A stretch of 64,000 bases of DNA from assembly GCA_026004535.1 (NCBI GenBank), contig BPJI01000001.1:79915-143914 (forward strand), in the 5' to 3' direction. The DNA comes from Candidatus Parcubacteria bacterium. Its GTDB lineage: Bacteria; Patescibacteriota; Minisyncoccia; UBA6257; HR35. The notes beneath the pieces were generated by a model, which worked only from the letters and a program-made list of their open reading frames with translations, did not search any database and had not been told where the DNA came from. Within the stretch, counting starts at the first letter, position 1; each line of letters starts with the position of its first letter. This document shows positions 55,974-64,000 of the stretch, piece after piece. Made by a program: the position numbers and the translations under genes.

Positions 55974-57977
55974 ATGAGGATAATTAAACTTATTTTAATT
56001 TTACTTTTTATTTTTTTTAGTTTTGCGATTTTCTTATTCACAATTCAGTCTGTTTATCTACCTAGTTCAGATTTAATTGGTGAAAAAATTGTTGGTGGTG
56101 GAACTGAAATTTATGATCGAACAGGAAGGATTCTCTTATATAAAGTTGGTTTTAGACGCTCGTGGGCTAATTTTGAAGATATTCCTGAAAATGTAATTAA
56201 GGCAACTTTAATTGCTGAAGATAAAGATTTTTATTTTCATCGCGGAGTAAGTTTTAAAGGAATAATAAGATCAATTTATCTCAATCTAAAAACAAAAAGT
56301 TTTGGATATGGTGGTTCAACCATTACCCAACAATTGGTTCGTAATTTGTTTTTAACTAAAGAAAAATCTTTATTAAGAAAAATAAACGAAATAATTTTGG
56401 CTTTAAAACTTGAAAGAAAATATTCGAAAAATGAAATTTTAACCTATTATCTAAATTCAATCTATTATGGCGAAGGTAATATAGGTATTAGAGCCGCAGC
56501 TGATTATTATTTCAATAAAAAATTAAAAGATTTAACTTTGTCTGAAGCAATAATTTTAGCTTCAATTCCTAAAGCTCCAGCTTTATATTCACCAATTAAC
56601 GAAGAAAATATTAAAAGATTAAAAATAAGAAGAGATTATTTGCTTTTGAGACTAAAAGAAGAAGGTTGGATTAATGAAGAAGATTATCAAATAGCTATCA
56701 ATGAGGAGATTGAAATTGTCAAAAGCAAGTATGCTGGTATGATTGCTCCTCATTTTGTTATTGAAGTTATTAATCAATTAAAAGAAATGTTTCCCCAAGA
56801 AAGCTTAGAAGAAAAAAATTTAAAAATAATAACCACTCTAGATTATGATTTGCAAAAAATTGCCGAAGAGTCTGTAAGAGAAGGAGCTGAAAGAAATAAA
56901 AAAAACTACGGTGGTAGTAATGCTGCTTTAATGGCAATTAATTCTAAAACTGGCGAGGTTTTAGCTTTAGTTGGTTCAAAAAATTTTTTTGATGAAACAA
57001 TCGATGGTCAAGTTAATGTTCCTTTTAGATTTCGCCAACCTGGTTCTGCTTTTAAACCAATTTCTTATGCTGCCTTATTTGAATTAGGTTATCCTGATAA
57101 TACTATTTTATTTGATGTACCAACTGATTTTAATGGTTATAAACCACAAAATTTTGATAAAGTTTTTAAAGGACCAGTAACCTTAAGACAAGCTTTGACT
57201 GAATCAAGAAATATTCCTTCAGTCAAAGTTTTTTATTTAGCTATACCTGAAAGAGTTATTGATTTGGCTCGAAAAACTATGCCTTATTTAAAAGATTGGC
57301 AAAATTATGGACTTTCTTTAGGCTTAGGAACAGCTGAGGTTAGAATGACTGATTTAATTAGATTTTATGGTGCTTTGGCTAATGATGGTAAATTAGTTTC
57401 TCAAAGTTTAATTTTAAGAATTATTGAAGATAAAAAAGTTATTTATGAATATCAACCACAAGAAGAACAAATTGTTTCTCCAGAAACAGCAAGAATTTTA
57501 AATGATATTTTAAAAGATATTGAAGCTAGAAAAGGTCTTTTGCAAAGAAGCTTAGGGTTGACTATTTTTCCTAATTATGAAGTTGCTTTAAAAACTGGAA
57601 CAACTCAATTTTATCAAGATGCTTGGACTTTTGGTTATACACCGCAAATTGTTGTTGGTGTTTGGGCAGGCAATACTGATGGTCGCCGAATGAATTCTTT
57701 AGGAGCAAGTCTTGTTGCGGCTTTACCAATTTTCCACCAATTTTTATCTCAAACAATTACTTTAAATAAAATTCAACCAGAAAATTTTATCCCTCCGGAA
57801 AAAAGATTTGTTAATAAGCCAATGCTTAATGGCTCTTATATTTCTCAATATGGTATTCATAATATCTTATTTTACATTGACCGTCAAAATCCTTTAGGCG
57901 AAATTCCTGAGGACCCTTATCAAGATCCGCAATTTATTTTTTGGGAAAATGGAGTGAGAAAATGGTTTGGTTATTAA
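55974..57977 (+). CDS. Class A penicillin-binding protein (GT51 glycosyltransferase plus transpeptidase)
   Basis: GT51 motifs EDKDFYFHRGVSFKGIIRS and GGSTITQQL. Transpeptidase motifs SGSAFKP, SRN and KTGTT. Confidence 0.85.
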   Translation: MRIIKLILILLFIFFSFAIFLFTIQSVYLPSSDLIGEKIVGGGTEIYDRTGRILLYKVGFRRSWANFEDIPENVIKATLIAEDKDFYFHRGVSFKGIIRSIYLNLKTKSFGYGGSTITQQLVRNLFLTKEKSLLRKINEIILALKLERKYSKNEILTYYLNSIYYGEGNIGIRAAADYYFNKKLKDLTLSEAIILASIPKAPALYSPINEENIKRLKIRRDYLLLRLKEEGWINEEDYQIAINEEIEIVKSKYAGMIAPHFVIEVINQLKEMFPQESLEEKNLKIITTLDYDLQKIAEESVREGAERNKKNYGGSNAALMAINSKTGEVLALVGSKNFFDETIDGQVNVPFRFRQPGSAFKPISYAALFELGYPDNTILFDVPTDFNGYKPQNFDKVFKGPVTLRQALTESRNIPSVKVFYLAIPERVIDLARKTMPYLKDWQNYGLSLGLGTAEVRMTDLIRFYGALANDGKLVSQSLILRIIEDKKVIYEYQPQEEQIVSPETARILNDILKDIEARKGLLQRSLGLTIFPNYEVALKTGTTQFYQDAWTFGYTPQIVVGVWAGNTDGRRMNSLGASLVAALPIFHQFLSQTITLNKIQPENFIPPEKRFVNKPMLNGSYISQYGIHNILFYIDRQNPLGEIPEDPYQDPQFIFWENGVRKWFGY

Positions 57978-58186
57978 AAATAAAAAACTGAAAATTGATA
58001 ATTAGAATATTTAATTTTAAGCTTTGTTTTAAGTTCCTCAATTTTTAAACGATCAATATTTCGAGGTAAATCAAGAACAATATTTCTTTCGTGTCGATGA
58101 ATAAAAACTTTTATTCCCGGCAGGTGATCTTTAATAATTTTAGCAATTTCTAATAATTCGTTTTGACGCAGATAAATTTTTTTCAT
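57974..58186 (-). CDS. Small basic protein immediately downstream of dnaN (the position occupied by YaaA/RemB/DciA-type proteins in other genomes)
   Basis: 70 aa with start/stop overlap with dnaN. No diagnostic motif. Confidence 0.3.
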   Translation of the reverse strand: MKKIYLRQNELLEIAKIIKDHLPGIKVFIHRHERNIVLDLPRNIDRLKIEELKTKLKIKYSNYQFSVFYF

Positions 58187-59307
58187 CGATGAACTAAAAT
58201 ATAAACAAAGTCCTCTTCAATTGGTGATTTTAAATAAAGAGGTGTACTTGCATTTAAACCGGTAAAAAAACCACCAAATATTTTTTCCGATTCAATAACA
58301 GCCAAACCATCATAAAGAAAATCAAGATGGAATTTAATTTTAAACTCTGTTTCAGTTAAATTATTTTCTTTAACTTCAAATTCTAATTTATTTCTATTTT
58401 CTCCTAAGAGTTCATTATGAGTATAAATTTCAAGTTGATTGTCTTTAAAATTAAAAATTAATTCTGTTTCCTTAAATTGATCTAAAAAAACTCGGGCTAA
58501 TTTTAAAGCTTGTAAAATTTGATTTTTGTCAAGTAAAAAAGTAAATAAAAAACTAGCTGGAGCAATAAATTGTTGATAATTAGGATATTCTAAGGCTAAA
58601 AGCTTGGCAGTTAATAAGTGGTTTAAAATTTCAAAAGTTACTTGATTTTCTTCAAAATAAATTTTTAATTTTCCTGATTTTCTTTTAATTCTTTGGTATT
58701 CTTGAATCAATCTTTTAGGTAATAAAACAGAAATTTTTTCAATATTAGTATCAAAAAATTGAGATTTAACTTTTTGTATACCTAATCGGATGGTATCAGT
58801 AGCAACCAAATTCAAATTTTCTCCATTTAAATCAAAATAAATTCCAGAATATTCAGGTCTAATATCCGAAGTAGTTAAAATTGGTGACAATCTATTAAGA
58901 TATTCTTGAAAAATTTCATTATCAATTTCAAAGTATTTAGTAAAATTTATTTCAGTAAACGTCGGAAATTCTTCATAACTTAAACCAGGTAAAGTTGAAA
59001 CGGAATTTTTACCTCTAATTTCTAAAACAGTATCTCTAATTTCTAAACTAACCTCATCTTCATAAAAGTTATCAATAATTTTTTCAAATTGTCTGGCTGG
59101 AATCAAGACTTCACCTTCTTTTAAAACTTGAGTTAGAAATTTTGTCTGATAGTTTAATTCTAAATCAGTAGCTGAAACATAAATTTCTTGATTTTTAGCT
59201 GAAAGATAAAAATAATTTAAAATACTTAAATCTGTTTTTTGTGAACAAACATTAGTAACAATCTGTAAAATTTCTTTTAATTTTTCTTTTAAGATATTTA
59301 TTTTCAT
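58183..59307 (-). CDS. dnaN: DNA polymerase III beta sliding clamp
   Basis: Three-domain ~370-aa protein with typical N-terminus MKINILKEKLKEILQIVTNV. Immediately downstream of dnaA. Confidence 0.85.
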   Translation of the reverse strand: MKINILKEKLKEILQIVTNVCSQKTDLSILNYFYLSAKNQEIYVSATDLELNYQTKFLTQVLKEGEVLIPARQFEKIIDNFYEDEVSLEIRDTVLEIRGKNSVSTLPGLSYEEFPTFTEINFTKYFEIDNEIFQEYLNRLSPILTTSDIRPEYSGIYFDLNGENLNLVATDTIRLGIQKVKSQFFDTNIEKISVLLPKRLIQEYQRIKRKSGKLKIYFEENQVTFEILNHLLTAKLLALEYPNYQQFIAPASFLFTFLLDKNQILQALKLARVFLDQFKETELIFNFKDNQLEIYTHNELLGENRNKLEFEVKENNLTETEFKIKFHLDFLYDGLAVIESEKIFGGFFTGLNASTPLYLKSPIEEDFVYILVHR

Positions 59308-59405
59308 AGTAGTAATAGTAAGGTTAAAATTGGGGAAAATGTTTTAAACCTTAATATTTCTTAATTTTTTTAATTAACGACACTAAAATTTTGTTAATAA
59401 AATGT

Positions 59406-60776
59406 TTAAACTTCCATGATTTTTGATTTTAAAACTTCTAATTCTTGATTTAATAAAGGGTTTTTCTTCAGTTCTTTAACAATTTTTTCATAAGAGTAAA
59501 TAATCGTTGTATGATCCTTTTTTAAAAATTCACCAATTGAGGTATAAGAAAGTTGTGAAATTTCTCTTAAAAAATAAATTAAAAACTGTCTTGCTCGGAC
59601 TAGATGTTTTGTTCTTGTTTTTTTAAAAACATCTTCATCTTTTATTTCATAATGTTCAGCAATTACTTTAACTATTTTTTTCGGACTAATTTTACGATAA
59701 AAATCTTTGGAGAACTTTTTTAACAGCTCTTCCACTTTTTCTAAAGTTATTTTTTCGCCTTGGTTGTGATGAAAAATGATAAGACTTAAAGCACCTTCTA
59801 GTTCTCTGGTGTTCTTAGTAATTCTTTGGGCAATAAGATCGTAAATTTTATCGTCAAAAACAACACCTTTTTCTTGAGATTTTAGTTTTAAAATCGCCAT
59901 TCTTGTTTCGTAATCAGGGGGATTAATATCAATAACTAAACCGCCTTCAAATCTTGACCTTAAACGAGCTTCAATGTCAGGAATTAGTTTTGGAGGTCTA
60001 TCAGACGAAAAAATAATTTGTTTGGAAAGGTTGAAAAGATAGTTGAAAGTATGGAAAAGTTCCTCTTGAGAAGTTGTTTTACCCGAAAGAAAGTGAACAT
60101 CGTCTAAAATCAAAATATCAATATCTCTAAACTTGGCTCTAAATTCTTCAGTTGTATGATTTTTTAAACTTTGAATAAATTCATTAGTGAACTCCTCGGT
60201 TGTTAAATATTTTAATTTTATGTTTTTGTGAAGTTTTAAAGCTTCATTACCGGTTGCTTGTAAAAGATGAGTTTTGCCAACACCAACTGGTCCATAAACA
60301 AACAATGGATTATGTAATTTGCCATAATTCTTAGCTACTGCTTGACAAGCAGCAAAGGCTAATTCATTACCTTGGCCAACAACAAAATTATCAAAACGAT
60401 AACGAGGATTAAGATTAGTTTGGGGATTAATTTCAAAAATTGTTAATCTTTGCTGATTGATGCTTGAAAATCTTTTAATTATTGTTTTTTGATAATCAAT
60501 TTCTAGACCAGGCTTGTTCGAAACCACAAGTTCAATGCTTTTTATTTCAGGAATAAACTCTTTAATTGTTTTTAAAATTACTTGTTCAAATTTTTTTTCG
60601 AGCCAATCTTTAACAAATTTGCTTGGTACCTCTATTTTTAAAACTCCCTGAGAATAATTTTTTGGTTGAAAATGAGAAAACCAAACCTTAAAAACAGATT
60701 CACCAACGTTATTTTTAATATTAGTTAAAATCTTATCCCATGTTGTTTGGAAATGTTCTAAGGCCATTTTCCCCAA
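59406..60776 (-). CDS. dnaA: Chromosomal replication initiator DnaA
   Basis: AAA+ Walker A GPVGVGKTHLLQA, Walker B ILILDDVHFL, sensor motifs and a C-terminal DNA-binding domain (YSYEKI...). Confidence 0.9.
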   Translation of the reverse strand: MGKMALEHFQTTWDKILTNIKNNVGESVFKVWFSHFQPKNYSQGVLKIEVPSKFVKDWLEKKFEQVILKTIKEFIPEIKSIELVVSNKPGLEIDYQKTIIKRFSSINQQRLTIFEINPQTNLNPRYRFDNFVVGQGNELAFAACQAVAKNYGKLHNPLFVYGPVGVGKTHLLQATGNEALKLHKNIKLKYLTTEEFTNEFIQSLKNHTTEEFRAKFRDIDILILDDVHFLSGKTTSQEELFHTFNYLFNLSKQIIFSSDRPPKLIPDIEARLRSRFEGGLVIDINPPDYETRMAILKLKSQEKGVVFDDKIYDLIAQRITKNTRELEGALSLIIFHHNQGEKITLEKVEELLKKFSKDFYRKISPKKIVKVIAEHYEIKDEDVFKKTRTKHLVRARQFLIYFLREISQLSYTSIGEFLKKDHTTIIYSYEKIVKELKKNPLLNQELEVLKSKIMEV

Positions 60777-60816
60777 TTATATCTAAAAAGCATCAAGAAG
60801 TCAAAAACCTAAAATC

Positions 60817-61254
60817 TTAAATTAATGTGGAAAACTTGTGAAATAGAATTTTTTTAACCAATTTATCAGCTAAGTTTTGTTCCCGGGGAATTAAATTAAT
60901 TTTAATTTCTCCAAAGTCAAGTCTTAAGTTGTGAAATTTAATAAAATAAGGGAAAAGATTAGGTTCAGAAATTTTATACTGATTATCAATTTGTTTAGCC
61001 ACCACTTCGCTGTCTAGATTTAAAATTATTTTTAGATTTTTAATTTTTTCCTTGCCAAAAATTTGTTTTATTTTTTCTAAAGCGAAGATAACAGCCTGGT
61101 ATTCAGCCTGATTATTAGTTTTAATGCCGATATCTTTACTATATTCCTTTATTCGTTGATCAAATTTTAAAACAACCCCAATTGCAGCTTTACCAGGATT
61201 ATTAATTGCACCACCGTCAGTATAAACAATTATTTCTTTCATTTGATTGGCCAT
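60817..61254 (-). CDS. rnhA: Ribonuclease HI-like
   Basis: YTDGGAINNPGKAAIGVVL...TNNQAEYQAVIFALE is the RNase H fold with DEDD residues. Confidence 0.7.
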   Translation of the reverse strand: MANQMKEIIVYTDGGAINNPGKAAIGVVLKFDQRIKEYSKDIGIKTNNQAEYQAVIFALEKIKQIFGKEKIKNLKIILNLDSEVVAKQIDNQYKISEPNLFPYFIKFHNLRLDFGEIKINLIPREQNLADKLVKKILFHKFSTLI

Positions 61255-62342
61255 AATGTTTCATTGGCTAAATAATGAAGCATAGCTCCACCGCCAGTTG
61301 AAATTTTAAATCTCTTTAAGAATTTTTTCTTAGTTAAAAAAGCCAAAGTATCACCACCACCAAATAAAATAAACTTATTCTTAAATTGAGCTAAAAATTT
61401 TATTAACAACAATGTTCCTTTTTCAAATCTTTTGTCTTCAACAAATCCCAAAGTTCCATTGATCACAATATTTTTTGCTTTTTTAATTTCTTTGAAAAAA
61501 ATCTTTAAACTTTCTTCGCCAGCATCGAAAATTTTATCCTCTTTTTGAATTTCGCCTAAATAACGATGATAAATTTTATTTTTGTTTAAAACATAAAAAT
61601 CGAAAGGAGTTAGTATTTTTGCTGAATATAGCTTTTTTATTTTTCTTAAGAGCTCATTTTCAACTAAAGAATTGCCAATCTCAAAACCTTTAGCCTTTAA
61701 AAAAGTATTAGCCAAACCGCCAGCTAAAATAATTAAATCAGCTCGATTTAAAAATTTCTCAATTAATGGTAATTTAGTTGAAATTTTTGCTCCACCTAAA
61801 ATTAAAGTTAAATTTTTTATTTTTAAAACCTTATTTAATAAATTGATTTCCTTTTCAAAATTAAACCCATAAAAAGTTGGTAAAATTTTTGGCAAAAGAT
61901 AAACCGAAGAATGTTTACGATGAGAAACCGAAAAAGCTTCAAAAACAAAAATTTCTCCTAATAAAGATAATTTTTTAGCAAAACCTGGATTACATTCTTT
62001 TTCTTCTTTCCATTTTCTTAAATTTTCTAAAAGAGAGAATTTTTCTTTTGGTTTTGAATTTAAATTTTCTAAAAAACCAATTTTAATTTTTAGAATTTTG
62101 CTTATTTCAGGAATTAGTTTTTTAAAAGATAACTTTTTATCATCGCCTAAATGGCTAATTAAAATAACTTGCCTGGCAGATTTTAAAAAATTTAGAGTTT
62201 GTTTAATAGCCAAAATTCTGTATTGATCAAAAATTTTTCCATTTTTAAAATCCACATTAAAATCAACCCTAACCAAAATATTTTTATTTTTTATTTTATC
62301 TAAATTATTTCTTAATAAAAATTTTTCTTTAATTGCAATCAT
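61239..62342 (-). CDS. pgk: Phosphoglycerate kinase
   Basis: N-terminal ILVRVDFNVDFKNGKIFDQYRI and C-terminal STGGGAMLHYL motifs. Confidence 0.75.
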   Translation of the reverse strand: MIAIKEKFLLRNNLDKIKNKNILVRVDFNVDFKNGKIFDQYRILAIKQTLNFLKSARQVILISHLGDDKKLSFKKLIPEISKILKIKIGFLENLNSKPKEKFSLLENLRKWKEEKECNPGFAKKLSLLGEIFVFEAFSVSHRKHSSVYLLPKILPTFYGFNFEKEINLLNKVLKIKNLTLILGGAKISTKLPLIEKFLNRADLIILAGGLANTFLKAKGFEIGNSLVENELLRKIKKLYSAKILTPFDFYVLNKNKIYHRYLGEIQKEDKIFDAGEESLKIFFKEIKKAKNIVINGTLGFVEDKRFEKGTLLLIKFLAQFKNKFILFGGGDTLAFLTKKKFLKRFKISTGGGAMLHYLANETLWPIK

Positions 62343-62363
62343 AAGATAATTATAAGATAGAGA

Positions 62364-63866
62364 CTAGTTTTCCTTAACTCGATATTGCAAGGCTTCGCCT
62401 ACTTCATTAATATCAATAATATCTTTTTCATTATAATCAGCAATTGTTCGAGCTAATTTTAAAATTTTATGAATGCCTCTTAAAGACAAGCGATGTTTAT
62501 CAATTGCTTTTTTCAAAAAAACTTCAGCTTGATGAGTTAATTTAGCGTAGTCTTTAATTTTTTTAGCTGGGATCTCGCTATTATTTTTAAAGTTTTCGTT
62601 TTTGTACCTTTGATAAATTTTTTCTCTAACTTCAATAATTTTTCCTTTAATTTGTTCAAAATTTCTTTTTTCTAAATTAAAAATTTTTTCACTGTTAATT
62701 CTCGGCACATTTAAATTAATATCAATTCGGTCTAAAAGCGGTCCGGAAATTTTCTTTTGATATCTGTTGATTTCACTAATTGAACATTTGCATTCAATTT
62801 CTGGATCGCCATAAAAACCACAAGGGCAAGGATTGTAAGCACCAACAAATAAAAACCTCGCCGGGTATTTGACTGTTTTTTTGGCTCGAGCAATTGTTAT
62901 TTCGCCTGTTTCTAATGGTTCTCTTATTCCTTCTAAAACATCTCGGCGAAATTCAGGCAATTCATCAAAAAACAAAACACCACGATGAGCCAAAGTTACT
63001 TCTCCTGGTCTGGCATCTTTGCCGCCACCTAAAATACTAACAGCTGAAGCTGAATGATGGGGAGCTCTTAATTGAGGCCGAAAAATTATATTATCTTGTA
63101 AAAGACCTAAAGCACTATAAATAGCAGAAATTTCTAAGGCCGAATCGTAATCTAAATTAGGCAAAAGATGAACAATGTTTTGAGCCATTATTGTTTTACC
63201 TGTTCCTGGTGGTCCATAAAGTAAAAAATTATGATTACCAATAACTCCTAAAATTATTCCTCTTAAAAGATAATCATCAATAACAATAAAATTCAAATCT
63301 AAATCTTGATTTTCAAAAGAAAACTCTTTTGGCTCAACAGGTATCTTTAAAATTCTTTCTTCAATAAAATCAATAACTTCTTGTAAATGGGAAAAACCAT
63401 AAATTTTTATTTCCTTAACAAAACTAACTTCAGCTAAATTTTCTTCGGGCAAAATAATAGCTGAAAAATGTTTAGCTGCTTTTAAAGTGATTGGTAAAGC
63501 TCCTTTAATTTTTCTTAAGCTTCCATCTAAGCCAAGTTCGCCTAAAAACAAATAATCTTTAGGCAAAGTTTTTATTTGTCTCGAAGCAGCTAAATAAGCT
63601 AAAGCAATTGGTAAATCTAATAAAGGTCCTTCTTTTTTTAAATCAGCTGGAGCTAAATTAACAATTACTCGAGCATTGATTTTATTTGGTGGTTTAGCAG
63701 AAACATTTTTTAAAGCTAAACTTATTCTTTCTTTAGCTTCATTAATTGTTTCATCAGGTAAGCCAACAATTTGAAAATTAGGGAAACCGCCGCTTAAACC
63801 AACTTCAATCTCAATTATTTCAGGAAAAATTCCTGATAAAGTTGCACCCTTAATTTTGGCAAACAT
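62364..63866 (-). CDS. comM: Mg-chelatase-like AAA+ protein ComM/YifB
   Basis: N-terminal Lon-like subdomain, AAA+ core (GPPGTGKT, FFDELPEF) and a C-terminal Mg_chelatase domain with a Cys cluster. Confidence 0.85.
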   Translation of the reverse strand: MFAKIKGATLSGIFPEIIEIEVGLSGGFPNFQIVGLPDETINEAKERISLALKNVSAKPPNKINARVIVNLAPADLKKEGPLLDLPIALAYLAASRQIKTLPKDYLFLGELGLDGSLRKIKGALPITLKAAKHFSAIILPEENLAEVSFVKEIKIYGFSHLQEVIDFIEERILKIPVEPKEFSFENQDLDLNFIVIDDYLLRGIILGVIGNHNFLLYGPPGTGKTIMAQNIVHLLPNLDYDSALEISAIYSALGLLQDNIIFRPQLRAPHHSASAVSILGGGKDARPGEVTLAHRGVLFFDELPEFRRDVLEGIREPLETGEITIARAKKTVKYPARFLFVGAYNPCPCGFYGDPEIECKCSISEINRYQKKISGPLLDRIDINLNVPRINSEKIFNLEKRNFEQIKGKIIEVREKIYQRYKNENFKNNSEIPAKKIKDYAKLTHQAEVFLKKAIDKHRLSLRGIHKILKLARTIADYNEKDIIDINEVGEALQYRVKEN

Positions 63867-63880
63867 TATTTTTTAATTTT

Positions 63881-64000
63881 TAATGCAGAACTATTAGAAC
63901 TGACGCAGAACTGACAGAATTATTTTTAAATGCAGAACTATGCTGAGCTGACGCAGAACTTACTGAATTTTTCTGTAAGTTCTGTGTTGGTTCTGTCCTT
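63881..64000. repeat. Second copy of the CAGAACTGA palindromic MITE-like element, truncated by the window edge
   Basis: Aligns with 975..1135 inside dnaG (see the repeat at 963..1140). Confidence 0.7.

Noticed and set aside
57571-57756. 61-aa minus-strand ORF
   Set aside because: Antisense within the PBP gene.
59308-60816. oriC expected in the dnaA flanks
   Set aside because: Neither the 98-bp dnaN-dnaA spacer nor the 40-bp dnaA-rnhA spacer contains DnaA-box clusters or an AT-rich unwinding element distinct from background.
61672-61872. 66-aa plus-strand ORF
   Set aside because: Antisense within pgk.

Overview
This is an AT-rich 64-kb window (roughly 30% GC by eye) with compact, short housekeeping genes, the style seen in small-genome Patescibacteria/CPR-like bacteria. 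Standard genetic code is assumed because long ORFs read through with code 11. A minus-strand block at the left edge carries the 3' side of rpoD and dnaG, preceded by three co-oriented genes: a sigma-70 region-4 protein, a membrane-anchored protein and a VirD4/TraG-like ATPase. The left part also holds an hsp20-hrcA-grpE-dnaK-dnaJ heat-shock operon with a consensus promoter and a CIRCE-like inverted repeat, followed by rpsT. The centre and right are mostly minus-strand: a holA-like gene, hup, rny, gpmI, a short uvrC-like gene, secG, rpmB, leuS, valS, secDF, gltX, a sensor kinase, polA, tsaE, a small acidic ORF, yebC, rnpB, a two-ORF comEC, a secreted protein with two lamin-tail domains, a Mur ligase, an LCP protein, a ClpB/C-like ATPase with a transmembrane N-terminus, a PHP/EndoQ-like protein, pilB, a class A PBP, dnaN, dnaA, rnhA, pgk and comM. 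RNA genes recognised by eye are RNase P RNA (both hallmark motifs and a P1 pairing), tmRNA, and tRNA-Ile(UAU), tRNA-Ser(CGA), tRNA-Arg(CCU) and tRNA-Pro(GGG), plus decayed partial copies of the Ser, Arg and Pro tRNAs. Structures that ordinary annotation does not explain are: (i) a ~420-bp GC-rich palindromic array of about 20 ACCCGGATA-type boxes at 18.2-18.6 kb; (ii) a ~2-kb module, consisting of a decayed type IV pilin-LamG gene plus 8-bp microsatellites and a vapBC-like remnant, present as direct repeats ~41 kb apart with the second copy abutting ssrA; (iii) a ~150-bp palindromic MITE-like element inserted in-frame in dnaG and again at the window end; (iv) a comEC/LTD/lytic-transglycosylase neighbourhood with split and pseudogenised genes. 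Many short ORFs in the supplied track overlap RNA genes or lie antisense to real genes and are treated as artefacts.
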